Virus record (IMG/VR): IMGVR_UViG_3300031555_002371 | Location: 1-64,000 of that record | Direction: 5' to 3' (one strand) | Source of the DNA: a virus | Taxonomy: Duplodnaviria > Caudoviricetes | Length of the DNA: 64,000 bases | In this document: in pieces, positions 8,149 to 18,671 of the stretch | Numbering within the stretch: the stretch's first letter is position 1 | Layout of the letters: every line of letters starts with the position of its first letter | The notes under the pieces: generated by a model | Database searches by the model: none | What the model saw: the letters and a program-made list of their open reading frames with translations, nothing else | Told to the model about the DNA's origin: nothing | Made by a program: the position numbers and the translations under genes

Positions 8149-9171
8149 ATGAACATTAAAGAAATAAAAACTATGCTTCATGGCAACAAATATGATTTTC
8201 TACGTACAGATGCAAACCTTGGCAAGAATATTATTCTTCTTGGTCTTGGTGGTAGTCATGCTTATGGTACTAATAATGAAAACAGCGATGTTGATATTCG
8301 GGGGATAGCCACAAACCAAAAGAGAAATATTCTTGTTGGCAGAGACTTCGAGCAAGTTGTTGATGTGGATACTGATACAACGGTTTATTCATTCGATAAG
8401 ATTGTAAAACTTCTTTGCTCATGCAATCCCAACACAATTGAGATTCTTGGATTAAAACCCGAACAGTACATTTACATGACACCAGTTGGAGAAGAACTTA
8501 TTGCTCATAAGCAGATATTCTTGTCAAAGATTGCTGTTCACTCATTCGGTGGATATGCAAATGCACAGTTGAGAAGGCTTGAAAATAAAGCTGCAAGATT
8601 GGTAAGTCAAACACAGCAGGAAAACTTTATCCTAAAAAGCATTGAACACGCCTCGGTAGATTTCAAGCAAAGATATTTCAAGTTCCCGGATGACGCTATT
8701 AGACTCTATGTGGATAGCACCGATAGAGAGGGATTTGATTCTGAAATCTTCATGGATGTGAATTTGACCAGATATCCTTTAAGAGATTTTGAGGGATTGT
8801 GGGCAGAGATGCATACAGTTGTAAAATCTTATAATAAGATAGGTAAGCGAAATGAAAAGGCAATCGCTCATGACAAACTTGGTAAACATATGATGCATCT
8901 TGTTAGACTTTATCTTATGTGTTTTGATATCCTTGAAAAAGGTGAAATTAATACGTATAGAGATAAAGACCATGACTTGCTTATGTCAATTCGTAATGGC
9001 GAATTTCTTGATGAAAATAGACAGCCAACGCAGAAGTTCTATAAGTTAGTTGATTCGTTGGAAAAGCGACTTGATTACGACAAGGAGCATACAGACTTAC
9101 CTGAAACGGTTGACATGGAAAAAGTAAATGATTTGGTTGCGAGAGTAAATGGTAGAATCTGCGCAAATTAA
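8149..9171 (+). CDS. Pol-beta superfamily nucleotidyltransferase (RlaP-like)
   Basis: GGSHAYGTNNENSDVDIRG (GS..DxD) and KHMMHLVRL. Confidence 0.85.
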   Translation: MNIKEIKTMLHGNKYDFLRTDANLGKNIILLGLGGSHAYGTNNENSDVDIRGIATNQKRNILVGRDFEQVVDVDTDTTVYSFDKIVKLLCSCNPNTIEILGLKPEQYIYMTPVGEELIAHKQIFLSKIAVHSFGGYANAQLRRLENKAARLVSQTQQENFILKSIEHASVDFKQRYFKFPDDAIRLYVDSTDREGFDSEIFMDVNLTRYPLRDFEGLWAEMHTVVKSYNKIGKRNEKAIAHDKLGKHMMHLVRLYLMCFDILEKGEINTYRDKDHDLLMSIRNGEFLDENRQPTQKFYKLVDSLEKRLDYDKEHTDLPETVDMEKVNDLVARVNGRICAN

Positions 9172-9187
9172 GGAGAATGATAAACAA

Positions 9188-10123
9188 ATGACCAGAGAGC
9201 AAATCCTAAATTCGGTTAGTCTTAAAAAGCGTTTTTGCAAAGACTACAACCTCCCCATTACGATTTATGATAATCCGTACTTTTACGAGAGATTGAGCGC
9301 AATCGATGTCATGTTTGATTGCATTAATAAGTTTGATAACTTCTGTCGTTGCCTTTCAAAGTTTGAGAGCGAGCAGGAATATTTTGAGTATTATAACGAA
9401 GTCAAGGACAGAGTTATTGATTATATTAAATCTAATCCCGCCTTCGAGTGTTTTAATGGAGATGTTTTTGATGTGAAATATAATTTCCCCAAGAACAATC
9501 TTTATGTAAGTCAAAACGACGATTGCACTTTTATTTCAATTGATATGAGAAAAGCAAATTTCTCTGCATTGCAACATTACGACAAAGCTATCTTTGGCGG
9601 CAAGGAAACGTGGGAAGAATTTCTGGGGATGTTCACCGATTGTTCTCATATCCTTCAGAGCAAGTATATTCGCCAGGTTATCCTTGGAGCTTGCAACCCG
9701 AAAAGACAGATTACATATGAACATTATCTTATGGGTAAGCTACTTACACATATTGTTGAAAACATTCCGACAATCAATGTATATAGCCTTGGAGAAGATG
9801 AAATCTTAATCAAAGTAGAAAAGGGTTGTGGGTATTCTAAAAAACAACTTCAAAAAGTGGTTAGTTCTTGTCCCGAAGGCATTGGAAGTATTGTTCGTAT
9901 CGATATCTTTGATTTACATATAATTAAGAACACTTCCGGATGGATGAAAGTAATGTATGATGATAATGGAAGCATCAAGTTTAAGTGTTTGGAAGCAGAA
10001 ACTTATCATCAAATTATTAAGCATTATTATGGATTGCCTATTACCGATAATGACCTTGTATTTTACCATAATGGTCAGTTAGCAAAGTTTTTGAAAGAGG
10101 TTGATAACCCATGGGAAGAATAA
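9188..10123 (+). CDS. Hypothetical protein with polymerase-palm-like motifs
   Basis: FISIDMRKANF / SKYIRQVILG / YSLGEDEIL; CDS is clear, function is inferred. Confidence 0.7.
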   Translation: MTREQILNSVSLKKRFCKDYNLPITIYDNPYFYERLSAIDVMFDCINKFDNFCRCLSKFESEQEYFEYYNEVKDRVIDYIKSNPAFECFNGDVFDVKYNFPKNNLYVSQNDDCTFISIDMRKANFSALQHYDKAIFGGKETWEEFLGMFTDCSHILQSKYIRQVILGACNPKRQITYEHYLMGKLLTHIVENIPTINVYSLGEDEILIKVEKGCGYSKKQLQKVVSSCPEGIGSIVRIDIFDLHIIKNTSGWMKVMYDDNGSIKFKCLEAETYHQIIKHYYGLPITDNDLVFYHNGQLAKFLKEVDNPWEE

Positions 10124-11355
10124 GTTTACCACCTGCGGTGTGCTTCATTCTTGATAGACTTTATGCTAACGGCTTTGAAGGATATGTTGTCGGAGGCTGT
10201 GTACGAGATAGTCTGATGGGTTTAGAACCGCACGATTGGGATATTTGCACGTCCGCTCTCCCGGAGCAGATGATGGATTTGTTTTCCGATTGCAAGGTTA
10301 TTCCCACCGGACTGCAACACGGAACGATTTCCGTTGTTATCGATTCAACACCATACGAAATTACTACTTATCGCATAGATGGCGAGTATAAAGATAATCG
10401 CCATCCAGACGGAGTGGAATTTGTATCTGATTTGAAACTTGACCTTATGCGCCGAGATTTTACTATCAACGCTATGGCATTTAGTCCACAAAATGGATTG
10501 GTAGATTTGTTTGGCGGAGAGGAAGATATCTGCAATCGTACAATTAGATGCGTTGGCAATCCAAATGAAAGATTTCAAGAGGATGCATTGCGTATTTTGA
10601 GAGCAATTAGATTCGCCATGAGGTATGGTTTCAAAATTGATAAGCCAACGCTTGAATCTTTGTATTTGCATAGACATCTACTCAAAAACATTTCCGTTGA
10701 AAGAGTATGCTCGGAAATCACCAAAACATTAAGTAGCACTCAAATCAATAAAAACGATTCAGATTTGCTAATTGCCATTTCATATTGCCTTGATGTTATA
10801 GACGAGAGAATTTTCTTCTTTGGAGATGAGCTTATCGAAACAGTTCCAAATCTTGCATTGCGACTTGCAATCATTTTCAACAATCCAGATATCCAAGATA
10901 TTATGGAGAAATTGAGGTTTCCGAATGACGTAATCGCGCAAGCTATTGAGATAAGAAAATTCGGATATAAAATCCTCGATGATATAGAGCAATTTAGCAA
11001 CGAAGATAATTTTTCGATTTTCTATCATCCTCGGAAGTTATTGCACGAAATGCAAAAAGCAGATGTGTGGTTAGTCATTGAGTTTGCCAAGAGTCATATA
11101 CATACTGAATGGCAGTATACAGCACTTAAAGAACTATCAAATAAGATAAAGTGGTGTGTTGAAAACAAAGATGTGTATAAGCTATCTTCTCTCGCCGTTA
11201 ATGGTAATGATTTAATTAAGATTGGCTGCAAAGGAAAGCAGATTGGTTTTATATTAAATGAGTTACTTGACATGGTGATGAATGATACGATAAAAAATAT
11301 ACAAGAAGATTTGTTACTACAAGCACATACATTGAAAACCAAATATTCACCATAA
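10111..11355 (+). CDS. cca: CCA-adding tRNA nucleotidyltransferase (class II)
   Basis: VGGCVRD, DWDICT, EITTYR, RRDFTINAMA, RFQEDALRILRAIRF. Confidence 0.93.
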   Translation: MGRISLPPAVCFILDRLYANGFEGYVVGGCVRDSLMGLEPHDWDICTSALPEQMMDLFSDCKVIPTGLQHGTISVVIDSTPYEITTYRIDGEYKDNRHPDGVEFVSDLKLDLMRRDFTINAMAFSPQNGLVDLFGGEEDICNRTIRCVGNPNERFQEDALRILRAIRFAMRYGFKIDKPTLESLYLHRHLLKNISVERVCSEITKTLSSTQINKNDSDLLIAISYCLDVIDERIFFFGDELIETVPNLALRLAIIFNNPDIQDIMEKLRFPNDVIAQAIEIRKFGYKILDDIEQFSNEDNFSIFYHPRKLLHEMQKADVWLVIEFAKSHIHTEWQYTALKELSNKIKWCVENKDVYKLSSLAVNGNDLIKIGCKGKQIGFILNELLDMVMNDTIKNIQEDLLLQAHTLKTKYSP

Positions 11356-11433
11356 TTATTTTCCGAGCATAGCCGGACTATAATTATTGGTTTTATAAAT
11401 AAATCTGAACAACTACAAAACGGAGGAACGAGA

Positions 11434-12369
11434 ATGAGGCTTAAAAACCAATGGATTCATGGTGATTGTCTTAAAGAGTTGAAGAAGCTCGACGATGAGA
11501 GTGTTGATTTAGTTATTACATCTCCGCCTTATCATAATTTACGAGTTTATAGTAACGACCCAAGCGACCTCTCAAACTGTGAATCTTATGAAGAATACTA
11601 CTATCTTCTCGGTTTAGTAATCGAAGAATGTAAGAGAGTGTTAAAACCTGGTGGTAAATTTGTAATTCAGTATGAGGATTACAATTACACGCTTGGTAGA
11701 GATAACAAAATGGGTCAGGAGAGCATTACGGGGGAGATAAACAATATCTTCTTAAACAACGAATTTTCCCTGTGGACGAAGGCATTTTGGCGCAAATATT
11801 CCGCACAAAGAGCAATGCTTGCACAAGGCAATCTATATTACAGAAACATGAAAGCAAGAGATACAATCCTTGCTGCGAATGTAGGGTTTGTATACGTTTA
11901 TAAAAAGGCTGGTGATTGTGAACTTATCAAGGCATCTGACATTACCCTTGAGGAATGGGCAGATTGGGCAGATGGTATGTGGAACATCAGCAATTCTGGT
12001 ATTGGTCATACCACTCCTTTCGCAGAAGAACTTGTTAAGCGTTGCATTAAATTGTGGAGTTGTCCGGGAGATACAGTATTAGACCCGTTTGCTGGTGCTG
12101 GAACGGTTAATAAGGTAGCCATTGAAAATGGCAGAAATGCAATCGGTATCGAGCTTAACGAGGAATTCTATAATCTTGCAAACGAGAAGCGATTCTCATT
12201 GTGGGATGATGAGGTCTATGAGAGCAACGATTCCATCGAAAAAATGAAAGAGCGTTTTGCAGAACAGCTTGCTCTTGGCAAGGAACAATCTGCAAAAGCA
12301 AAAGCCGAAAAGGAAGCGAAAAAGGCGGCAAGAGAAGTAAAGAAGAAAGGTGTTGAAAATGCCGATTGA
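11434..12369 (+). CDS. DNA methyltransferase, N4/N6 family (beta class, SPPY)
   Basis: VITSPPY precedes DPFAGAGT and GIELNEEF; frame intact. Confidence 0.9.
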   Translation: MRLKNQWIHGDCLKELKKLDDESVDLVITSPPYHNLRVYSNDPSDLSNCESYEEYYYLLGLVIEECKRVLKPGGKFVIQYEDYNYTLGRDNKMGQESITGEINNIFLNNEFSLWTKAFWRKYSAQRAMLAQGNLYYRNMKARDTILAANVGFVYVYKKAGDCELIKASDITLEEWADWADGMWNISNSGIGHTTPFAEELVKRCIKLWSCPGDTVLDPFAGAGTVNKVAIENGRNAIGIELNEEFYNLANEKRFSLWDDEVYESNDSIEKMKERFAEQLALGKEQSAKAKAEKEAKKAAREVKKKGVENAD

Positions 12370-13867
12370 ACTTCAAATTCCGGTTGATAAAATTCCTTAT
12401 ATAAGAACTATCGAGGGTAGAAAGTTTCACGATGGTAAATGGCAATTCCCAGATAGTGCAGCACCAAAACTTATTCAACTTGGATTTTTGAACGAGTCGG
12501 TTGCGCCACAAGAAAAGAGCTTCATTGATTATCCATTGTCAGCCCATTTGCGAAAGTACCAAAAAGAAATTTGTAACACCGCACTTAATCATGGTTGTTA
12601 TGGTATCTTCAGCGATACGGGTACGGGTAAGACTATAATGGGGTTAGAGATAGCGCACCATTATAATAAAACACTGATTTTATGTCCACTTTCAGTCATT
12701 GAAACCGCATGGATTGATGATTGTCGTAAGTTTTACCCGCAAACAGACATTATAAATGTATGGGCTGACTCAAAGAGCAAACGTATGAAGTTGCTAAATA
12801 CAGATTCGAGAATCTATGTAACCAATTACGAGAGCTTTAAGATTTTACATAAAGAGATAAAGAACGCTAACTTCGATTGTCTAATTGTGGATGAGAGTAG
12901 CGTTATGAAAAACATGACAAGCCAAATTACCTCGATGTTGATGGATATGATGACCTTCATTCCTCACCGATTTGTGTTGAGCGGCTGTCCTACGCCGAAC
13001 CACAATAGCGAGATATTCCCGCAGATGAAGTTTGTAGATGCGGATGTGTTTGGCAATAATTATTACGGCTTCCTTGCAAGGTACTTTCATCAAGACATGG
13101 AAAATCCACATAGATGGTATCAAACGCAGGAAGATAAAGATAGATATTTTACTCGTTTAGGTGAGAAGTCGGTATTCTTGAAAAAAGAAGATTGCGTTGA
13201 TTTGCCGGAAAAAGTTTTCCAGGTTAGACAATTCGACCTGTCAAGCAATCAGAGAGAATACTACGATGCGGTTGTTCATGATATAAAATCGCATATTAAC
13301 GAGTGGAGCAAGTTTGAGTTTACAGCAAAACTCATGAAGCTCCGAGAAATCGCAAGCGGCTTTGTTATACAAAAGGATGGAAGTATTACTTCTTTTGACA
13401 ATGCAAAAGAAAATCTTCTGCAAAGTGTTATCGAAGAAATTGGCGATAAGCCGATTATTGTATGGTGTCAATTCCAACATGAGATAAATACGCTTGCTAA
13501 AAAGTTTAACGGTGTTGGCTTAACATCTGAAACCAATCCTCGCAAACGTGATGAGATTATTAGGCAATTCAAGAATGGAGAAATTAAACTTCTTTTTACT
13601 CATCCATTACTAATTGGTAAAGGATTAACATTTACGAATTGCACTTACAACATCTATTACTCTTTGAGTTTTAGTTATGAAGAATTCAAGCAAAGTCAAG
13701 ACCGAATACATAGAATAGGTCAGAATAACAAGTGTACATATATTATTCTTCAAGCAAAAGACACTATCGAAGAACAAATATATGGGTGCTTACAAAGTAA
13801 GAAGAATGCTGTTGATGAACTATATTTGGAAATGGGCTTGAAAGGAGATTTATCAGATGGTGATTAG
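12359..13867 (+). CDS. SNF2-family helicase
   Basis: DTGTGKT, IVDESS, LSGCP, QSQDRIHRIGQ. Confidence 0.9.
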   Translation: MPIELQIPVDKIPYIRTIEGRKFHDGKWQFPDSAAPKLIQLGFLNESVAPQEKSFIDYPLSAHLRKYQKEICNTALNHGCYGIFSDTGTGKTIMGLEIAHHYNKTLILCPLSVIETAWIDDCRKFYPQTDIINVWADSKSKRMKLLNTDSRIYVTNYESFKILHKEIKNANFDCLIVDESSVMKNMTSQITSMLMDMMTFIPHRFVLSGCPTPNHNSEIFPQMKFVDADVFGNNYYGFLARYFHQDMENPHRWYQTQEDKDRYFTRLGEKSVFLKKEDCVDLPEKVFQVRQFDLSSNQREYYDAVVHDIKSHINEWSKFEFTAKLMKLREIASGFVIQKDGSITSFDNAKENLLQSVIEEIGDKPIIVWCQFQHEINTLAKKFNGVGLTSETNPRKRDEIIRQFKNGEIKLLFTHPLLIGKGLTFTNCTYNIYYSLSFSYEEFKQSQDRIHRIGQNNKCTYIILQAKDTIEEQIYGCLQSKKNAVDELYLEMGLKGDLSDGD

Positions 13868-14462
13868 TCCAAGAAGAAACAAGGATTCATTTTCGGATAT
13901 CGTAGTATTGCTTGACATGGACGATACAATTGTCGGTCTTTGTGAAGCATGGTGTAAGTGGTTGAATGATACACATGGCACATCTACAAAGATTGATGAT
14001 ATAACCGAATGGGATATCTCAAAGTTCTTTCCAACTCTTACAAAGGAGCAAGTATTTGCACCGTTACATAGAGAAGATTTTTGGCATCATGTTAAACCAA
14101 AAGAAAATGCGATTGAATATGTCAAAAAGTTAATTGATGATGGATTCAATGTTTATCTTTGCACATCAACAGATTATCGTAACGTAAAGCCGAAGTATGA
14201 ATATGTAATTCAAAAATACTTTCCATTTATCAAGTGGCAAAAAGTTATTGTATCTTATGATAAAGCTATGATAAAAGCCGATTTTCTTGTAGATGATGGA
14301 GTGCATAATCTTGAAAACGGTAGTTATATTAAAATGCTTATATCCGCTCCGCATAATAGGCAATATGATGCGGAGAAAAATGGGATGGTAAGAGTAATTG
14401 ATATGAAGGATGCATATAGCAAAATTCATAAATACGCAAGCGGGATGGTGAAACAGAAATGA
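13857..14462 (+). CDS. 5'(3')-deoxyribonucleotidase (HAD, NT5C-like)
   Basis: LLDMDDTI and FLVDDGVHNL motifs. Confidence 0.82.
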   Translation: MVISPRRNKDSFSDIVVLLDMDDTIVGLCEAWCKWLNDTHGTSTKIDDITEWDISKFFPTLTKEQVFAPLHREDFWHHVKPKENAIEYVKKLIDDGFNVYLCTSTDYRNVKPKYEYVIQKYFPFIKWQKVIVSYDKAMIKADFLVDDGVHNLENGSYIKMLISAPHNRQYDAEKNGMVRVIDMKDAYSKIHKYASGMVKQK

Positions 14463-15035
14463 TAGTAGATATTTATAACACCCAAAATCAATATGATTTG
14501 ATTGTTGCAGACCCTCCCTGGAAACAAGCAAAGGGTGGCAAAAAGAGTGTAAGACCGATAAGTAGTGGAACAGAGCTTGATTATCCAGTATGTTCTCTTG
14601 AAGAAATCAAAGAACATTTATCACAAGCAACCAGCCTTACTTCGGGGGGAGAGCAGTATATTGTTTCTGTGGACGATAGATAAGTATTTATTTGAGGCGC
14701 AGAAGATAGCCGAAGAACTTGGTTATAAACTCCATGCAAGAATGATATGGGATAAAGTAACTGGAATACCCGCAGCATTTACTGTGAGGTATGGTCACGA
14801 ATACTTGCTTTATATGTACAAAGGCAAACTAACTCCCGTAGCCATAGAAGAACGAGGAAAGGTACATACAGTATTCCGAGAGCAAGTTAAACGACATAGC
14901 CAAAAGCCTGAAATCTCGTTTGAGATAATCAATAGATTATATCCAAGTGCAAGAAAACTTGAATTGTATGCAAGAACCGAGCGGGATGGATATGATTGTT
15001 GGGGCAACGAGGTTAATAAGCAACTAAAGGAGTGA
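14459..15035 (+). pseudogene. MT-A70-family adenine methyltransferase, frameshifted at a G6 tract (possibly phase-variable)
   Basis: ORF 14459 has YDLIVADPPW; ORF ending 15035 has ILFLWT, IWDK, HSQKPE, LELYAR; frames join at GGGGGG 14644-14649. Confidence 0.85.
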
Positions 15036-15040
15036 TTAAA

Positions 15041-15226
15041 ATGTTTTGTAGAAGATGTAATATCCAGATGAAAAGTGTAATGCGTTTTGAAAACGGCAAA
15101 TCTTATTCATTACATAGATGCCCGAAGTGTTATTACGAAACAAAGAAACAGCCTTTAATTTTTAACTCTAAAACTAATTCTGAACAACCAAAACAAACAA
15201 AGAAAGGAAAGCCGAAGAAAAAGTAA
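15041..15226 (+). CDS. Small zinc-ribbon protein
   Basis: CRRC...CPKC; SD AAGGAG. Confidence 0.6.
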   Translation: MFCRRCNIQMKSVMRFENGKSYSLHRCPKCYYETKKQPLIFNSKTNSEQPKQTKKGKPKKK

Positions 15227-16543
15227 ATGTATTGCGCATATATCACTACAATCAAAGAATTGCGAAAGCATAGCAACGCTGACCGCCTTTTAGTAGCAAC
15301 AGTCTTTGGTAACGATGTTATCGTTGATTTGAGTTATGAAGTGGGAAAGAGAGTTGTTTATTTTCCGACTGATGGGCAGCTTGGAAAGACTTTCGCAGAG
15401 GAAAACAACCTTGTCAGAACAAAGGACGAGAATGGTAATAACACCGGCGGATATCTTGACCCAGACAAGAGAAATATTAAAGCATTAAAACTTCGTGGCG
15501 AGAAGTCCGATGGTTTGCTTCTGCCGATTGAAACCCTTGCGAAGTACACAGATATCTCCACGTTAAAGGATGGCGACCAAATCACCATTCTTAATGGTAA
15601 CGAGATTTGTAAAAAGTATATCCCTCGTGGAACTCGCAGAAGTCATTCTGGAAGCCACAGTGTTAAGGCATCGAAGAATAGTAAAGAAGCAAATATGAAG
15701 GTTTCGTATCCCTTCTTTACCGAACATATTGATACCGAACAGTTGGCTTATAACCAGCAAGCATTTAAACCTAACGACATTATCTATCTTACGCAGAAAT
15801 TACATGGAACATCTTTTAGAGTAAGCAACTGCATTGAGGTAACTACTAAAAAGAGAAATGCTTTGATTAAGAAATTGTTCCATCTCAAAGACAAAACCAC
15901 ATCCAAATATCAGGTTGTGAGTGGCACTCGCAGGGTAGTCTTGCGGGGGTATGACGGTGGTTTTTACGGCTCAAACGAATTCCGTAAGAAATACAATGAT
16001 TTCTTTATGGATAAGTTGCCAAAGGGAATGACCGTATATGGAGAGATTGTTGGATGGGTAGATGAAAACACACCTATCATGCCGAAGTGCAGTAATGCAA
16101 AGGTAAAGGATAAGGAATTTAGCCGACAGTACGGAGAAGAAACAATCTTTACATATGGTTGCAAGCCTGGTGAAAATAAGTGTTATTTGTATCGCATCAC
16201 GATGACAAATGAGGACGGAATCACCATTGAATTGCCAACCGAAGAAACTATGAAGTGGTGCGAAAGACTTGGATGCGAGTATGTTCCGCTCCTTGATAAA
16301 TTTCTTTACACCACATGGGAAGAACTGAATGAACGTTGTGCGCCATACCTTGACATTCCTGAACCCTTGGCTAACGGTTCTCATGTTACCGAGGGTGTAT
16401 GTGTAAGAATTGATAACCGTAGCAAGTTTACTTGTTACAAAACTAAATCTTTCACATTCAAGGTTCTTTCTGGTATAGCGGTTGATTCGTTGTCACAAGA
16501 GGATATAGACAAGATGGACGCCGATTTATTGAGTGAAATATAA
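15227..16543 (+). CDS. ATP-dependent RNA ligase (Rnl2/DRB0094-like, N-terminal OB-like domain)
   Basis: KHSNADRL N-terminus, motif I TQKLHGT, YGEIVG, EGVCVR, YKTKS. Confidence 0.8.
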   Translation: MYCAYITTIKELRKHSNADRLLVATVFGNDVIVDLSYEVGKRVVYFPTDGQLGKTFAEENNLVRTKDENGNNTGGYLDPDKRNIKALKLRGEKSDGLLLPIETLAKYTDISTLKDGDQITILNGNEICKKYIPRGTRRSHSGSHSVKASKNSKEANMKVSYPFFTEHIDTEQLAYNQQAFKPNDIIYLTQKLHGTSFRVSNCIEVTTKKRNALIKKLFHLKDKTTSKYQVVSGTRRVVLRGYDGGFYGSNEFRKKYNDFFMDKLPKGMTVYGEIVGWVDENTPIMPKCSNAKVKDKEFSRQYGEETIFTYGCKPGENKCYLYRITMTNEDGITIELPTEETMKWCERLGCEYVPLLDKFLYTTWEELNERCAPYLDIPEPLANGSHVTEGVCVRIDNRSKFTCYKTKSFTFKVLSGIAVDSLSQEDIDKMDADLLSEI

Positions 16544-16545
16544 AA

Positions 16546-17303
16546 ATGTCATATGCGCAAGATTTAACAGGAAAGCGGTTTGGTAGATTGCTGGTTATAT
16601 CAAGAAATTATGAAAAGCAAAAAGAATTATATGGCAAAACCAATAAACAAAAGGCGTTTTGGAATTGTATCTGCGACTGTGGAAATAGAAAAGTTGTTGA
16701 AAGTTCAAGTCTTAACAACAAAACCAATCCTACTTTATCGTGTGGCTGTTACAAAATAGAAGTATCTCATAAACAAAAGAACACTCAAAACATAACATGG
16801 ATACATAAACAAAATGTAACACTTGGGATAACACATTCGGGCAAAACTTTTTCTATTGATACTGATGATTTTGATAAAGTAAAGGATTATTGTTGGAGAA
16901 TTGATAAAAAGGTTATGTGGTTGCCAATTCAAGAAATGGAACTAACTCAATAGTTCGCTTACACAGGCTCATTATGGGTGGTTCAAACAATGATATTATT
17001 GATCATAAAGATTGGAACAAATCCAATAATACAAGAGATAATCTAAGATTTGCTACAAAATCACAGAATAACATTAACATTAAACTTAAATCAAATAATA
17101 CAACAGGATATCCAGGATTAACCATCAACCGGGGTGGCTATTATGTTGCACGAATTTCGTTAAATGGAAAGCGATATTACCTCGGCACTTTTAAGAATTT
17201 ACGAGATGCTGTAGCAGCGAGAAGGGAAGCGGAAATAAAATTTCATAAAGAATGGTCTGGAGAAAACAATAAGCATGATTATGAAAAAATTATACAAACG
17301 TAA
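16546..17303 (+). pseudogene. HNH/AP2 homing endonuclease split by a -1 frameshift
   Basis: DLTGKRFGRL..WNCICDCGN N-terminus; DHKDWNKSNNTRDNLR plus AP2-like C-terminus in the -1 frame; join at GATAAAAAGG ~16903-16912. Confidence 0.75.
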
Positions 17304-17315
17304 GGAGAAACAACT

Positions 17316-17609
17316 ATGGCACTGGACAAAGAAAAGCAGGAAGAACTGGAGCAGTTCTTTACGCAGAAGTTACAGGAACAATATCATAGAGGCATAGCCG
17401 TTGGTGTAAAGACCGCTTGTAAAGCAGTTCTTGACTTTCTTGGCGATAGCTCAAAACCCTTTATGAAGCGTATTGACATGGTTAAGGTGTTTTGTAAAAC
17501 ACCGTTTGGGATGTCAACAGAGATTAAAACAGATAACGCCGAGGAAAAGACGGATGAAACCGTTGTAACTGAGGAAAACATTGAAAAAATAGACGAAGCA
17601 GGCGAGTAA
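17316..17609 (+). CDS. Hypothetical protein
   Basis: SD AAGGAG; acidic C-terminus. Confidence 0.7.
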   Translation: MALDKEKQEELEQFFTQKLQEQYHRGIAVGVKTACKAVLDFLGDSSKPFMKRIDMVKVFCKTPFGMSTEIKTDNAEEKTDETVVTEENIEKIDEAGE

Positions 17610-17617
17610 TCGGTGTA

Positions 17618-17676
17618 TGTGAATGAAATGATAGTTTTATTCACAAAAACTCGCCTTTTGACACCGAAAGTTTCGG
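17618..17676. repeat. Recombination-site-like composite repeat
   Basis: TGTGA-ATGAAA-TGATAG-TTTTAT, 24-bp gap, CGAAAGTTTCG; same layout as the reverse complement of 31645-31702. Confidence 0.65.
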
Positions 17677-17685
17677 AGCGTAGAA

Positions 17686-18660
17686 ATGAGCAAAAATTTT
17701 AATCTTTCTTCTTCGTTATTCCGCAAGGAAATGCCTACGTTTTTTATGTTTATAGGCATTCCTGGATGTGGAAAGTCAACGATTGCAGAAGAAATCAAAA
17801 AGTCATCAAATAGAACAACCAAAATCCATTCGTCCGATGCGTTAAGAAAAGAACTTTTCGGAGACGAGGATGTGCAAGACAAGAATGTAGAATTGTTTAA
17901 CGAATTACATACTCGCATTAAAAACGATTTGCGCAGCGGTTTTGATGTTATCTATGATGCAACCAATATCAATAGAAAACGTAGATATGGCTTTTTGCAA
18001 GAACTTAAAAATATTCCTTGTTTGAGAGTTTGCGTTTGTGTAATTACTCCTTACGAAGTATGTTTGAAGCTCAATGCAGAAAGAACCAGAAATGTTCCCA
18101 TTGATGTTATTAAGAGAATGTATATGAATTGGCAACCCCCGGAGTACAGTGAGGGCTTTGACAACATTCTTCTGTGTGGAATTGGTTTAAGTGAGTCTAA
18201 CAATGATTGGAGTATTGCTACTCTTGTTGAAAATATGAAAGACTTTGACCAAGAAAATAGCCATCATGCATTGACTCTCGGAGAGCATTGCTTGGCAGCA
18301 CAGAAATATATTGATGAGAATTATCCCGATAATCACCGTTTGAGTATCGCAGCTTTACTTCATGATAATGGAAAAATCTTTACTAAAACACATATCAACG
18401 CTCGTGGCGAAGATGATGGGGATTGTCATTATTACCAACACCATTCGGTTGGCGCATATGATAGTATTCTCTATCTTTTCAATGAGGGATATGAAACCGA
18501 TGACATTATATACATTGCAAATTTGATTTACTTCCATATGCACCCTTATATGAGTTGGAAACAATCAAAAAGCGTTGAACGTAGAAACCAAATTATGCTT
18601 GGTGAAGATTTATATGATGACATTATGAGATTACACGAAGCTGATTTGGCAGCACATTAA
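17686..18660 (+). CDS. P-loop polynucleotide-kinase-like domain fused to an HD phosphohydrolase
   Basis: GIPGCGKST, YDATN, then EHC...LLHDNGK...HEADLAAH. Confidence 0.82.
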   Translation: MSKNFNLSSSLFRKEMPTFFMFIGIPGCGKSTIAEEIKKSSNRTTKIHSSDALRKELFGDEDVQDKNVELFNELHTRIKNDLRSGFDVIYDATNINRKRRYGFLQELKNIPCLRVCVCVITPYEVCLKLNAERTRNVPIDVIKRMYMNWQPPEYSEGFDNILLCGIGLSESNNDWSIATLVENMKDFDQENSHHALTLGEHCLAAQKYIDENYPDNHRLSIAALLHDNGKIFTKTHINARGEDDGDCHYYQHHSVGAYDSILYLFNEGYETDDIIYIANLIYFHMHPYMSWKQSKSVERRNQIMLGEDLYDDIMRLHEADLAAH

Positions 18661-18671
18661 GGAGAATTACG

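Noticed and set aside
8300-8304. G5 run in the nucleotidyltransferase (another at 37711 in xis)
   Set aside because: In frame; shows that G5 runs also occur by chance, so only tracts at frame breaks were reported
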